Of a stretch of DNA of 64,000 bases, positions 1 to 9,629 are shown piece by piece; position 1 is the stretch's first letter; the number at the start of each line of letters is the position of its first letter. The stretch spans positions 1,824,001 through 1,888,000 of the forward strand of contig OY760175.1 in assembly GCA_963663165.1 (NCBI GenBank), read 5' to 3'. The notes under the pieces are model-generated. The model was not told the DNA's origin. It saw only the letters and a list, made by a program, of their open reading frames with translations, and did not search any database. A program made the position numbers and the translations under genes. Source of the DNA: an uncultured Desulfospira sp. (GTDB lineage Bacteria; Desulfobacterota; Desulfobacteria; Desulfobacterales; Desulfobacteraceae).

Positions 1-87
1 TTGGCAATGCCGTAAACCTGCTTTTGTCATAATTCTTTTTAATGATCTTTTGCTTGAAAAACATGGTCTATAGGCTATAGTAGCACC

Positions 88-507
88 ATGAAAAATATAA
101 GCCTGTGGATCATACCGGTCTTGCTTTTCCTTTGGGGTGTCCTGCCCGCTTCTCAGGCCTTTGCCGAAGATGGACATGCTGAAAAAATGGTCCTTGAAAG
201 GGGCTTGATGTGCGAATCAATTGAAAATTTCCAACCGGTAAACCCGGCGGTTGTTTTTTCCATTGGCAACGAAGAGGTCTATTGTTATTCCGAGTTTGAC
301 CCGGTCTATGAAAAAGTCAAAATTTTCCATAAATGGTTCAAAAAAGACAAGTTGATTTTTTCCATGCCCCTGACCCTTTCTCCGCCCAAATGGGCCTCTT
401 TGAGTAAAATCCAGCTCAGGGACGCCGATAAAGGCCCCTGGCGGGTGGAAATCCAGGACCTGGAAGGCAACATCCTTAAAACCCTTCGTTTCGGCATATC
501 GGACTGA
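88..507 (+). CDS. Exported DUF2914-like protein
   Basis: Signal peptide ending AFA; C-terminal W-x-S-K...GPWRVEI...L..LRF motif typical of DUF2914. Confidence 0.65.
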   Translation: MKNISLWIIPVLLFLWGVLPASQAFAEDGHAEKMVLERGLMCESIENFQPVNPAVVFSIGNEEVYCYSEFDPVYEKVKIFHKWFKKDKLIFSMPLTLSPPKWASLSKIQLRDADKGPWRVEIQDLEGNILKTLRFGISD

Positions 508-514
508 TCATCCT

Positions 515-1936
515 ATGGAACAGGCCTTAACCTTTTTACCCGGATTTCGATGGCAGGACAGCCTGGATATCATCTTAAATGCATATATTCTGTTCAGGCT
601 TTATGTCCTGTTCCGGGGAACCAACGTATTCAGGGTTTTGATCGCCGTCTGTGTCCTGTGGATTTTGAACCGGAGCGCCGCATCCCTTGGGTTGATCGTT
701 ACCAACTGGGCCATGCAGGGCGTGATTACGGTGGCCGTATTTATTATCATTATTGTTTTCAGGAACGAAATATCCGGGGTGGTCCAGACCAGGGATTTAA
801 AGTCATTTTTATGGGGAGTTCCCAGAAGACAGGCAAACACCCCGCTGGATACCATTATTGAAAGTTTACGGGAACTGGCTGAAAAAAAAATCGGGGCCAT
901 AATTGTCCTGCCTTTAAAGCAGGGCATTGACAGCATTGTTATCGGGGGAGTCCCCATAGAGGCGGCCTTGTCCAGGGAAATGCTGGTCAGCATTTTCTGG
1001 CCGGACAACCCCCTTCACGACGGGGCCGCCCTTATCCAGGGGGACCGGATTACCCGGGCGGGCGTCATCCTGCCATTGTCCCAGGAAAGGGACCTGCCTT
1101 CCGCCTACGGCACCCGCCACAGGGCGGCTTTGGGACTGACAGAACAGACCGATGCCCTGGTCCTGGTGGTTTCAGAAGAGCGGGGAAAAATTTCCATGGT
1201 CAAGGACCACCGGATTCTGCCCATTCAAAAGGTGGCCGATCTTGAAAAAGCCCTGGGACAGGTTAAGGGGATCGGCAAGGACAAAAATGATTTCCGCCGC
1301 CAGACCACAGAGCTTCTTTTGGCCGCAGCCCTTTGCATCGCCTTTACCATCGGTGTCTGGTACAGCTTTGCCAGGGGCATGGAAACCCTGGCCACCCACC
1401 GGGTCCACATTGAATTCACGACCCCGGATCCCGGGATGGAAATTACGGCCGCCTCGGCCTCGGATGTCAAACTGCTCATCAGCGGGACCAAACCCCTGAT
1501 CAATGCCTTAAAGCCTGACCAGATCACCATTAAACTCAACCTTGAAGGGGCTCATGCCGGGACCAATACCATTCCGGTCACCCAGGGAAGCATCCAGCTC
1601 CCCCCGGGCATCCAGTTAAAGCAGGTGGAACCCGAACAGATTGAGGTTACCTTAGATACCTTAGTGGAAAAACAGGTGCCGGTTCAGCCCGACTGGACCG
1701 GGACCCTGCCTGAGGGACTGATAATGACAAAGGCCGAACCAATTCCCGAAACTGCCCTGGTTTCCGGAAGCAAGCTGGCCTTAGATGATATATCCACTGT
1801 TTTTACGGAAAAAATTCCTTTGGACGGGTTAAGGCAGTCCGGCACCACCGTGGTGGACCTTGTGCTGAACCCGGCAACCCTGAAGCTCAAAAACAAAACC
1901 AAGATCCAGATCCGGTACATCATCGAAAAAAAATAA
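515..1936 (+). CDS. cdaA: Diadenylate cyclase (CdaA/DisA_N) fused to YbbR/CdaR-like repeats
   Basis: 3 N-terminal TM helices, PLHDGA and GTRHRAA catalytic motifs, VSEERG; then a TM helix and YbbR-like repeats (P..I.VTLD..VEKQVPV). Confidence 0.85.
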   Translation: MEQALTFLPGFRWQDSLDIILNAYILFRLYVLFRGTNVFRVLIAVCVLWILNRSAASLGLIVTNWAMQGVITVAVFIIIIVFRNEISGVVQTRDLKSFLWGVPRRQANTPLDTIIESLRELAEKKIGAIIVLPLKQGIDSIVIGGVPIEAALSREMLVSIFWPDNPLHDGAALIQGDRITRAGVILPLSQERDLPSAYGTRHRAALGLTEQTDALVLVVSEERGKISMVKDHRILPIQKVADLEKALGQVKGIGKDKNDFRRQTTELLLAAALCIAFTIGVWYSFARGMETLATHRVHIEFTTPDPGMEITAASASDVKLLISGTKPLINALKPDQITIKLNLEGAHAGTNTIPVTQGSIQLPPGIQLKQVEPEQIEVTLDTLVEKQVPVQPDWTGTLPEGLIMTKAEPIPETALVSGSKLALDDISTVFTEKIPLDGLRQSGTTVVDLVLNPATLKLKNKTKIQIRYIIEKK

Positions 1937-2027
1937 CGGAAAGTGGAAACCGAAAACCGGAGACCGGATCGCGCATCCTAAGGGGTTTCGCATCCGGTCT
2001 CCGCTCTCCCTTCTTCCGGTCTCCCCT

Positions 2028-3677
2028 TTAATTGTCCAGCACCTGCCGAATGGATTTAATAATGGTAATGCCCTTGACCGGCTTGGTAAGATATTTTTTG
2101 ATCCCCAAGAACAACGCCCCGTCCCTGTCAATCTCGTCGGTGTAGCCGCTGCAAAGGATAATGGGCATGTCCTCCCGGATTTCCAGAACCTCTTTTGCCA
2201 GAGCCGCTCCGGTCATCTTGGGCATGGTCATGTCGGTAATAATAATGTCAAACCCCATGGTATTTTGCCTAAATACTTCCAGGGCATCTTTGGCGTTACG
2301 GAAAGTGCTGACCTGGTATCCGAATTTTTCCAGAAGGTCTTTGTTTGAATCCAGGATAGGCAGCTCATCGTCTATAAACATCACCCGCTCTGCCCCGGAC
2401 AGCTCCTCCCCTGTCCAGAAATCATCCGCTTCAGGCGATTGAGATTCAAGCAGGGGGAAAAAAATATGAAACCGGGTCCCCTGCCCGGGGGTGCTGTCCA
2501 CTTTTACATAACCGGCATGATCCTCCACAATACCGATCACCGTTGACAGGCCAAGGCCGGTCCCCTCTCCCAACCCCCTGGTGGTAAAATAAGGATCAAA
2601 CATTTTTTGCCGGGTTTCCTGATCCATGCCAACCCCCGTATCGCTGATTTCAAGAACCAGGTATTCTCCCGGCGGAATGGCCAGATCAGCATCAGGCCCA
2701 AGGTCTTCCAAAGGGACCTCCTGGTTGTAAAGCCCGATGGTCAATACGCCGCCGCCGGTTTTCATGGCCTGGAAGGCATTGGCGCACAGGTTCATGATCA
2801 CCTGGTGGATCTGGACCGGATCTGCCATGATTTCGGATTTAGAAGACACGTTCTGCCGGATCTCAATGGTGGACGGAATGGTGGACCGAAGCATTTTAAC
2901 AGATTCCTTGACCACCACATAAAGGGTTACCGGCCGCCGTTTGTTCTCGGCCTGGCGGCCATAGGTCATGATCTGCTGAACCAGTTCGGCAGCCCTTTCA
3001 GCGCTCACCAGGATCTGGCCCAGGTGTTTTTTAACTTTTTCCGGGGTCTCAATGCTCAGCTCCGCCAGATAGGCATACCCGAAGATCCCGGATAAAATAT
3101 TGTTGAAATCATGGGCGATTCCGGCGGCAAGGGTCCCGATGGCCTCCAGCTTCTGGGTCTGGAGCAGCCGTCTTTCCAGCCGGTTCCGGTCTTCTTCGGC
3201 CAGCTTGTAATCGCTGACATCCATAAACGTAATGACGATTTCAACCAGCTGCTGTTTATCGTCAAAAACAGGGTCACCGTTGACCACAAACCAGAGGAGT
3301 GCCCCGTCTGACCGCTGGACCCCCATAAGATAATCCCTTAAGGGCTTTAGGGATTCTTTCACCAGACTGACCGGATGGAACTCCCGGGCCATGGGCAGAC
3401 GCTCTTCATCCAAAAAATCCCACACCGGATCCATCGTATCTTTTCCAAGTATCTGGCCTTCGGAAAGCCCAAGCCATTCCTGAATTTTGGGGTTACACTT
3501 GATGACCCGGGTCTCTTTATCATAAACAACCACCCCGGCCTGAATTTTGTCAATCCGTATCCGGGATCGCTTTTCACTTTCACTTAACGCGGCCAGCATC
3601 TCGTTCCGGGCCTGTTTTTCCTGCTCCAGTTCCCGGATCTGATCCTTGAGTTGTTGTGTATTCACCTGTTCAGACAT
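2028..3677 (-). CDS. PAS-domain hybrid sensor histidine kinase/response regulator
   Basis: PAS, GIAHDFNN H-box, NLCANA, DTGVGM, GTGLGL boxes, C-terminal REC (TDMTMP). Confidence 0.9.
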   Translation of the reverse strand: MSEQVNTQQLKDQIRELEQEKQARNEMLAALSESEKRSRIRIDKIQAGVVVYDKETRVIKCNPKIQEWLGLSEGQILGKDTMDPVWDFLDEERLPMAREFHPVSLVKESLKPLRDYLMGVQRSDGALLWFVVNGDPVFDDKQQLVEIVITFMDVSDYKLAEEDRNRLERRLLQTQKLEAIGTLAAGIAHDFNNILSGIFGYAYLAELSIETPEKVKKHLGQILVSAERAAELVQQIMTYGRQAENKRRPVTLYVVVKESVKMLRSTIPSTIEIRQNVSSKSEIMADPVQIHQVIMNLCANAFQAMKTGGGVLTIGLYNQEVPLEDLGPDADLAIPPGEYLVLEISDTGVGMDQETRQKMFDPYFTTRGLGEGTGLGLSTVIGIVEDHAGYVKVDSTPGQGTRFHIFFPLLESQSPEADDFWTGEELSGAERVMFIDDELPILDSNKDLLEKFGYQVSTFRNAKDALEVFRQNTMGFDIIITDMTMPKMTGAALAKEVLEIREDMPIILCSGYTDEIDRDGALFLGIKKYLTKPVKGITIIKSIRQVLDN

Positions 3678-4498
3678 TCTTGGGACCTTTTGTTAAGGGT
3701 AAACCCACAAGGCAGTTGACCGTTTATACAGCTTATCAATCGCGAGTATGCAACGATTGCGTGCGGCGGTTGTGTCCAATTTTACGAAATGCCATCCCCC
3801 CCCAAAAAAGCGGCAAGCGGCAGTTCACCATTGATAGTGGCGGATACGATATGCTTAACTGCGACATAACTATAATAAAATACGTAGAAATTTAAAACAA
3901 CCCCAAAATTATCCTGTCCCAGGGCAACCGCATTTGTAATCCGGCATGGCATTCTGATATCGCGCGTAAATTTTATAAAATTGGGACTTGGGATATGGGA
4001 CTTGGGGCAGCAAAGATTTCTCAATGTATGGAATGCTTTTCTCTTTGCTCTGTGATGCTAAAATCGAGGGCTTCGCCCTCTTTTTTATATTTTCACGCAA
4101 AGGCGCTAAGGCGCAAAGAATACCATTGCCCAAGGGAATTTAAGCCTTGCGCCTTTACGTCTTGGCGAGAGTTTTTTTGAAAGCAAAGTTCGGTGGGAAA
4201 AAGTGTAGCAGCGTAGCAGCCCGGTAGGGTGGTCAAAAGCGAAGCGTTGCCCACCATTGTCCGTATAACATTTTGTTTTTGAAGGACAAATAAAACGGGC
4301 TCACGCTAACTACCGGCTTGAGACTCGGGATATGGGGCTTGGGAATGCCACGGATACTGCAATCCCCAAGTCCCATATCCCAAGTCCCAAGTCCATTATA
4401 TTAGATTAAATGTATTATTTCAAATTCGGTGGCCCCGGCCCCGGGGGCAGTTCCGAGCGATTTAGCGGCTCAAAACGAAATTATCGTCCCGGCCGTTT

Positions 4499-7042
4499 TC
4501 AGTTCCCCTGTTCCAGCAACTGTGCCAGGGCCGTCTGCCGCAGGCTGATGTCCTCGTTCTTCACGGCAAGGGCAAGGGCCCGCCGGCTACCCACGAAAAC
4601 AGCGAGTTTCCGGGCCCGGGTCACCCCGGTGTAGATCAGGTTCCGGTACAGCATGGTGAAATGCTGGGTCAACACCGGAATAATCACCACTTCAAACTCA
4701 CTGCCCTGGGATTTGTGAATGGTCACGGCATAGGCCAGATCCAGCTCCATGATATCGGCCTGCTGGTAAAAAACATCCCGGTTGTCCGGAAAAAACCGAA
4801 CCGTTAAGGTCAGCGACAGGGGGTCAATCTGCCGGATTTGGCCGATGTCGCCGTTAAACACCCCTAAGGTATAGTTGTTTTTTCTGTGGATCACCCGGTC
4901 CCCGATCCTGAAAATCCGCTGGCCTGCCTGGATCTGGGGTTTTCCCGCCATGGGGGGATTGGCCGCCTCCTGAATGACCCGGTTCAGGGCGACCGTGCCC
5001 ATGCTGCCCCGGGTCATGGGGGAAAGAATCTGGATTTCTTTTTCTTTTCCGTGGTACTTGGGGATCCACTCAAGGTAAAGCTGTCTGACCACATCCTGGG
5101 CTGTGAGCCCGTAGTGAAGGGAGGACCAGGGATGAATGTTTTTCACCACTGCCTTGAGTTCTTCGGCATGGCCGGAACTCAGCAACAGCCGGTCAAGACA
5201 GACATGGGCAAATTTTTCAGGAATGCGGATCTCGGTTTCATAGGGGGCCAGGGGCTGTTCCACCCTGAACTCATATAACCTTTGGGACGGATCAGGTTCA
5301 GCCGCCAGGCCGGCTGAAGCTTCCGGTTCCCGGCCAGCTGCACGCTTTACCTTTTTAACAAACCGAATCTGTTCTCCGGTGGCCTCGTCCGAGTCCAGAA
5401 ACAGGCAGTCTTCCCCATTCTGCCAGATTTCAGGCCGGTTAAACGGAGACCTGATCCAGGGAATTTTGCCGGCATTGATCTGATGGGCATACTTGATAAT
5501 CAGGGATTGGGCCGCCTGACGAAATATTTTGGTCAGCCTGAAACAGGCCACCTGGCCAGAGGCCATCAGGTCCTTGAGAACGTTGCCTGCGCCCACCGGC
5601 GGCAGCTGGTCATCATCCCCGATAAACACCACCCGGCCCTTTTCCGGAACCGCCTTGAGCAAGGCGGCGGTCAGGCTGATATCCAGCATGGATGTCTCGT
5701 CCACCACCAGCACATCCATCTTTAACGGGTTTTCCTCATTTTTCTTAAACCTTGTCCCCTGCCATCCCAAAAGCCGGTGAATGGTTTTGGCCGGCTTGCC
5801 GGTGACCTGGCCCATGCGCTGGGCTGCCCGGCCCGTGGGGGCGGCCAGAAGGACCTTGCACCCCATGGCTTCCAGGAGCCGGACCAGAACCTTTGTGGTG
5901 GTGGTCTTGCCGCAGCCGGGACCACCGGTGAGGATGGCAAAGGCCTGGCCGGCGATGCCCTGAACCGCGTCGCGCTGTTCCGGGCTTAGATTTATTTTCA
6001 CGGTTTTACAAAACAGGTCCATCCAGCGCTTCATTCGCGGGATGTCAATGTCCAAAACCGGTGTCATCTGCCGGATTCTTCGGGCGGTATACAGTTCATC
6101 AAAAAACAGGCTTCGGGCGTAATAACAGTCCTGGTCAAGGCCCTGATCCGATGTCAGGACCCGCTTCATGAGCAGGCGGTCGGCCTCCATAACTTCTATA
6201 ATCGGCAACAGGTTGTCGCCCAATGGGAGATTCAAAAGCTGCGCCACCTGATCTTTGATCTGGGAAAAGGTCAGGTAACAATGGCCAAAATTCCGGGCCC
6301 CTGAAAGCACATGGCGGATGCCGGCCATAATCCGCCGGGGGCTGTCGGTTTCCATTCCCATGGACAGGGCGACCTTGTCTGCCGTAAAAAAGCCGATGCC
6401 GTAAAAATCGTCCGCCAGGCCATAAGGATTTTTTGCCACCCGGGCAATGGCATCATCCCCGTATTCTTTATAAATTCTGACGGCAAACAGGGTGGAGATC
6501 CCGTGGGACTGGAGAAACATCATCACATCCCGGACCGCCCGGTGTTCGAGCCAGGCCTTTGAGATCATGGACAGTTTTTTATGGGCAATGCCCGGAACCT
6601 CCAGAAGGCGGGCCATATCGGTTTCAAAGACATCAAGGGTCTGATCTCTAAAGTGGGCCACAATTTTTTTGGCGGTTTTGGGTCCCACCCCCTTGATCAG
6701 GCCGGAGCCCAGGTATTTTTCAAGGGCCGCCGCAGAGGCGGGTTTCTTTTCAACGGCCTTTGTTGCCTTGAATTGGCGTCCGTAGCGGGGATGGACAATA
6801 AAAGAGCCCCAGAAGGCCATGGTGGCCCCGGCAAACACCCGGGTCTGGTGGACCAGGACGGTCAGCCGTTTCCCGTAGCCGTCAAACGGGGTGACTTTTA
6901 AAACCGACCACCCGTTGTCCGGGTTATGATAGGTCACCCGGTCCACCACCCCGGAGATCTGCTCCGCCACCACCCCGGTCCCGGAAGGCCCAGGAAAAAA
7001 TGTCCCATTGCCCTTGTTCATTTTATGGCAACCATATCCCAA
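4499..7042 (-). CDS. recD2: RecD2-like SF1B DNA helicase (start uncertain)
   Basis: YLGSGLIKGVGPKTA HhH region, GGPGCGKTT, VDETSM, GDDDQLPPVG, YAVTIHKSQGSE, YTGVTRA. Confidence 0.9.
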   Translation of the reverse strand: MGYGCHKMNKGNGTFFPGPSGTGVVAEQISGVVDRVTYHNPDNGWSVLKVTPFDGYGKRLTVLVHQTRVFAGATMAFWGSFIVHPRYGRQFKATKAVEKKPASAAALEKYLGSGLIKGVGPKTAKKIVAHFRDQTLDVFETDMARLLEVPGIAHKKLSMISKAWLEHRAVRDVMMFLQSHGISTLFAVRIYKEYGDDAIARVAKNPYGLADDFYGIGFFTADKVALSMGMETDSPRRIMAGIRHVLSGARNFGHCYLTFSQIKDQVAQLLNLPLGDNLLPIIEVMEADRLLMKRVLTSDQGLDQDCYYARSLFFDELYTARRIRQMTPVLDIDIPRMKRWMDLFCKTVKINLSPEQRDAVQGIAGQAFAILTGGPGCGKTTTTKVLVRLLEAMGCKVLLAAPTGRAAQRMGQVTGKPAKTIHRLLGWQGTRFKKNEENPLKMDVLVVDETSMLDISLTAALLKAVPEKGRVVFIGDDDQLPPVGAGNVLKDLMASGQVACFRLTKIFRQAAQSLIIKYAHQINAGKIPWIRSPFNRPEIWQNGEDCLFLDSDEATGEQIRFVKKVKRAAGREPEASAGLAAEPDPSQRLYEFRVEQPLAPYETEIRIPEKFAHVCLDRLLLSSGHAEELKAVVKNIHPWSSLHYGLTAQDVVRQLYLEWIPKYHGKEKEIQILSPMTRGSMGTVALNRVIQEAANPPMAGKPQIQAGQRIFRIGDRVIHRKNNYTLGVFNGDIGQIRQIDPLSLTLTVRFFPDNRDVFYQQADIMELDLAYAVTIHKSQGSEFEVVIIPVLTQHFTMLYRNLIYTGVTRARKLAVFVGSRRALALAVKNEDISLRQTALAQLLEQGN

Positions 7043-7193
7043 ATCGGCTTATGGGACAACAGGAAACGGAAGACCGGAGCCCGGATGAAAAATACAGACT
7101 GACACGGACGAACAGGGACTGGCACACGGACAGACACGGGCGTGGCCCAAGTCCGTGTCTGTGATCGTCCGTGACTGTCCGTGTAAGTCCTGC

Positions 7194-7238
7194 AAAAAAA
7201 AACCGTCAGCCTTGCCGACGGACCGGCAAGGCTGACGG
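7194..7238 (-). terminator. Rho-independent terminator of the acyl-CoA ligase gene
   Basis: 15-bp stem CCGTCAGCCTTGCCG/CGGCAAGGCTGACGG followed by a T-run on the minus strand. Confidence 0.8.
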
Positions 7239-7269
7239 ATAAACCTATTTTAAGTTGGCCTTATGGTTT

Positions 7270-9024
7270 TTACTTATTTTTAGAACTCAGCTCAGGGAAC
7301 TGATGGTAGAAGTATTCGTTGGCCTTTTCCTGTTTTTCCTTTTCTTCGTTCTCCCTTAACTCAATACGGCGGATCTTGCCGCTGATGGTTTTGGGAAGCT
7401 CGTCCACAAACTCAATGATCCGGGGGATCTTGAATTTGGCCAGCACTTTAATGGTGTGCTGGAACAGTTCAAGGGCCAGTTCCTTGCTGGGCTTATTGCC
7501 CGGGGTCAGAATGACAAAGGCCTTGACCAGCTGATGGCGTTTGGGATCAGGAACTCCGACAACAGCGGTTTCCATGACAGCCGAATGCTCAATCAGGGCA
7601 CTTTCCACCTCAAAGGGGCCCACACGGAAATCCGATGACTTGATCACGTCATCGGCCCGGCCCACAAACCACCAGTACCCGTCTTTATCAAAGGAGGCCT
7701 TGTCTCCGGTAAAGTAAAGGCCTTCCTGGAACGCGGCACTGGTTTTGGCAGGATCGTCAATGTACTCCTGGAACAGGCCGATGGCCCGCCAGTCCGTGAG
7801 GCGAACCACAATATGGCCGGTCTCATCGGGCTCGGTGATTTGCTTGCCCGAATCGTCGGTGAGGATAACATCATACATATAGCTTGGCGCCCCAAAAGAA
7901 CCCAAGCGCATCCGGCCTTCCATCCACGGGCCATTACCGATCATGCAGGTGGATTCGGTCTGGCCGTAAAAATCCCGGATTTCCGTGCCGGTCGCTTTCT
8001 TCCACTGGTCAATGACCTCAGGGTTCAAGGGTTCGCCGGCGCTCAAAGAGTATTTAATGGCGCTCAAGTCGTACTGGGACATGTCCAGGCCGACAAAGGC
8101 ACGCCAGGCCGTTGGCGGGGCGCAAAAAGAATTGATTTTATATTTGGCCACGGTGGCCAGGTATTTTTTAATATCCAGGACCGTAAAATTAAATCCTGTG
8201 GCCGTCGCCCCCACGGACAACGGAGAGAAAAAACTGCTCCATGCCCATTTGGCCCATCCGGGCGCACTCAGGTTATGGTGGATATCTCCTGGTTCCACAC
8301 CAATGATCACGGCCGTCATCAGATGGCCTAAAGGATAGGATACGGCGCTGTGCCCTACCCGTTTGGGAAGCCCTGTGGTCCCGGACGTAAAAAAGCAGAA
8401 CAGGACATCTTCACAATTGGTGTCGGCCGGTTCCGCCTGGCCTGATTCCCGGGCAAGCTCGGCATAAGGGGTCCATCCTTCTTTTTCTCCCAGGACAATT
8501 TTGGCCTTGGGGGAACAGCCGGCGGTTTTAATGGCGTCATCCACCAGATCGGTCAGCCCTTCCATGCAGATGATCACATCGGGTTTATAGGCTTCAAACC
8601 GGAACTGGATTTCCCTTTCCGTCATGGAGGTGGCCGTGGGAACGGTTATGAGTCCCCCCTTGATGCCGGCCAGGGTGGCAAACCAGGTCTCAGGGACAAT
8701 GGGGGTCAGCATGTATAGATTGTCCCCTTTGTTGACGCCTTTTTTCCGTAAAAAGTTCAGGCAGCGGTTCCCGTTCTCTGCCATTTCCGTATACGTGAAC
8801 TGCGCTTCGGCATCCGTGTCCAAATCGGTCCAGATCAACCCGGTCTGATCTCCCCGTTCCTTAACATGGATTCCTTCGAAAATCTCGGAAGCCCAGTTAA
8901 ATTTTTCCGGCAGGCGGGTGTGGTTTAATTCTTTGAAAAACGCCTTTGCCTGGGCTTCACGTTCTCCCATATCCTGGATCTCATTTAGCGCCATTACCTT
9001 TCTGTAAATGCTTTCCAACGACAT
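7270..9024 (-). CDS. AMP-forming acyl-CoA synthetase (short/medium chain)
   Basis: FTSGTTGLPK, YGQTE, TGD, GRADDVIKSS, PKTISGKI adenylate-forming motifs. Confidence 0.9.
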   Translation of the reverse strand: MSLESIYRKVMALNEIQDMGEREAQAKAFFKELNHTRLPEKFNWASEIFEGIHVKERGDQTGLIWTDLDTDAEAQFTYTEMAENGNRCLNFLRKKGVNKGDNLYMLTPIVPETWFATLAGIKGGLITVPTATSMTEREIQFRFEAYKPDVIICMEGLTDLVDDAIKTAGCSPKAKIVLGEKEGWTPYAELARESGQAEPADTNCEDVLFCFFTSGTTGLPKRVGHSAVSYPLGHLMTAVIIGVEPGDIHHNLSAPGWAKWAWSSFFSPLSVGATATGFNFTVLDIKKYLATVAKYKINSFCAPPTAWRAFVGLDMSQYDLSAIKYSLSAGEPLNPEVIDQWKKATGTEIRDFYGQTESTCMIGNGPWMEGRMRLGSFGAPSYMYDVILTDDSGKQITEPDETGHIVVRLTDWRAIGLFQEYIDDPAKTSAAFQEGLYFTGDKASFDKDGYWWFVGRADDVIKSSDFRVGPFEVESALIEHSAVMETAVVGVPDPKRHQLVKAFVILTPGNKPSKELALELFQHTIKVLAKFKIPRIIEFVDELPKTISGKIRRIELRENEEKEKQEKANEYFYHQFPELSSKNK

Positions 9025-9515
9025 AAGTCTCCTCCCCGTTTAAATGTTAACCAGGCATTTTTTATGAAGCCTGCCTGCTCTTGATTTTCTAAGCTTTCCC
9101 CCGGCAACAATGGAACCTGCACCTGCAAATGATGTTTGAGACTGATTCTTTTTAAGCCATTTGCAGCGGCTATAGTCTATAAAGACCAGGGTTTTCTACA
9201 ATCGGCGCAAATCTGATTTTAAATGTAGGCGATTTTGTAAGAATTTGTAGGCAAAAAAGCGTTCCTATTTGTAGGCGCGCAGCCCTACAAGCCTAAACAG
9301 GTCTCCACCGGCGGCTGCCCGGCATAAAAAACACGGGCCGCAGCAGGGAATATCTTGACAGAATTTCCCTGTAAATGATACATATCCTTGGAAAAAAATC
9401 ATTGAATGTCTTAACAAAGGGGCACGGACCTGGCTGATTGCAACCGGCAAAACCAGGGCCTGCCCATAACAAAATATTGAAAGTCCCTTTAAAAAATGTC
9501 TTAGGAGACTTTCCT

Positions 9516-9606
9516 ACAAACGGCCACGGGCCGTCTTGGTTATCCAACCGAGAACCGCCCACAACAAATAATGAAAGTCTTCTCAAGATGTTAGTGAGAC
9601 TTTCCT
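9516..9606 (-). repeat. ~90-bp two-hairpin dispersed repeat, copy 1 (partial extra copy at ~9468-9516)
   Basis: Reverse complement of the unit at 20639-20820 and 34186-34279. Confidence 0.85.
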
Positions 9607-9629
9607 TCAAAAGGAAAAGAGAGCAAACC

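Noticed and set aside
9438..9629. N-terminal extension of the 659-aa ORF, and similar small ORFs at 20628-20876 and 34061-34318
   Set aside because: They are translations of the 90-bp repeat (shared PxWLSN..PTTNNESL)
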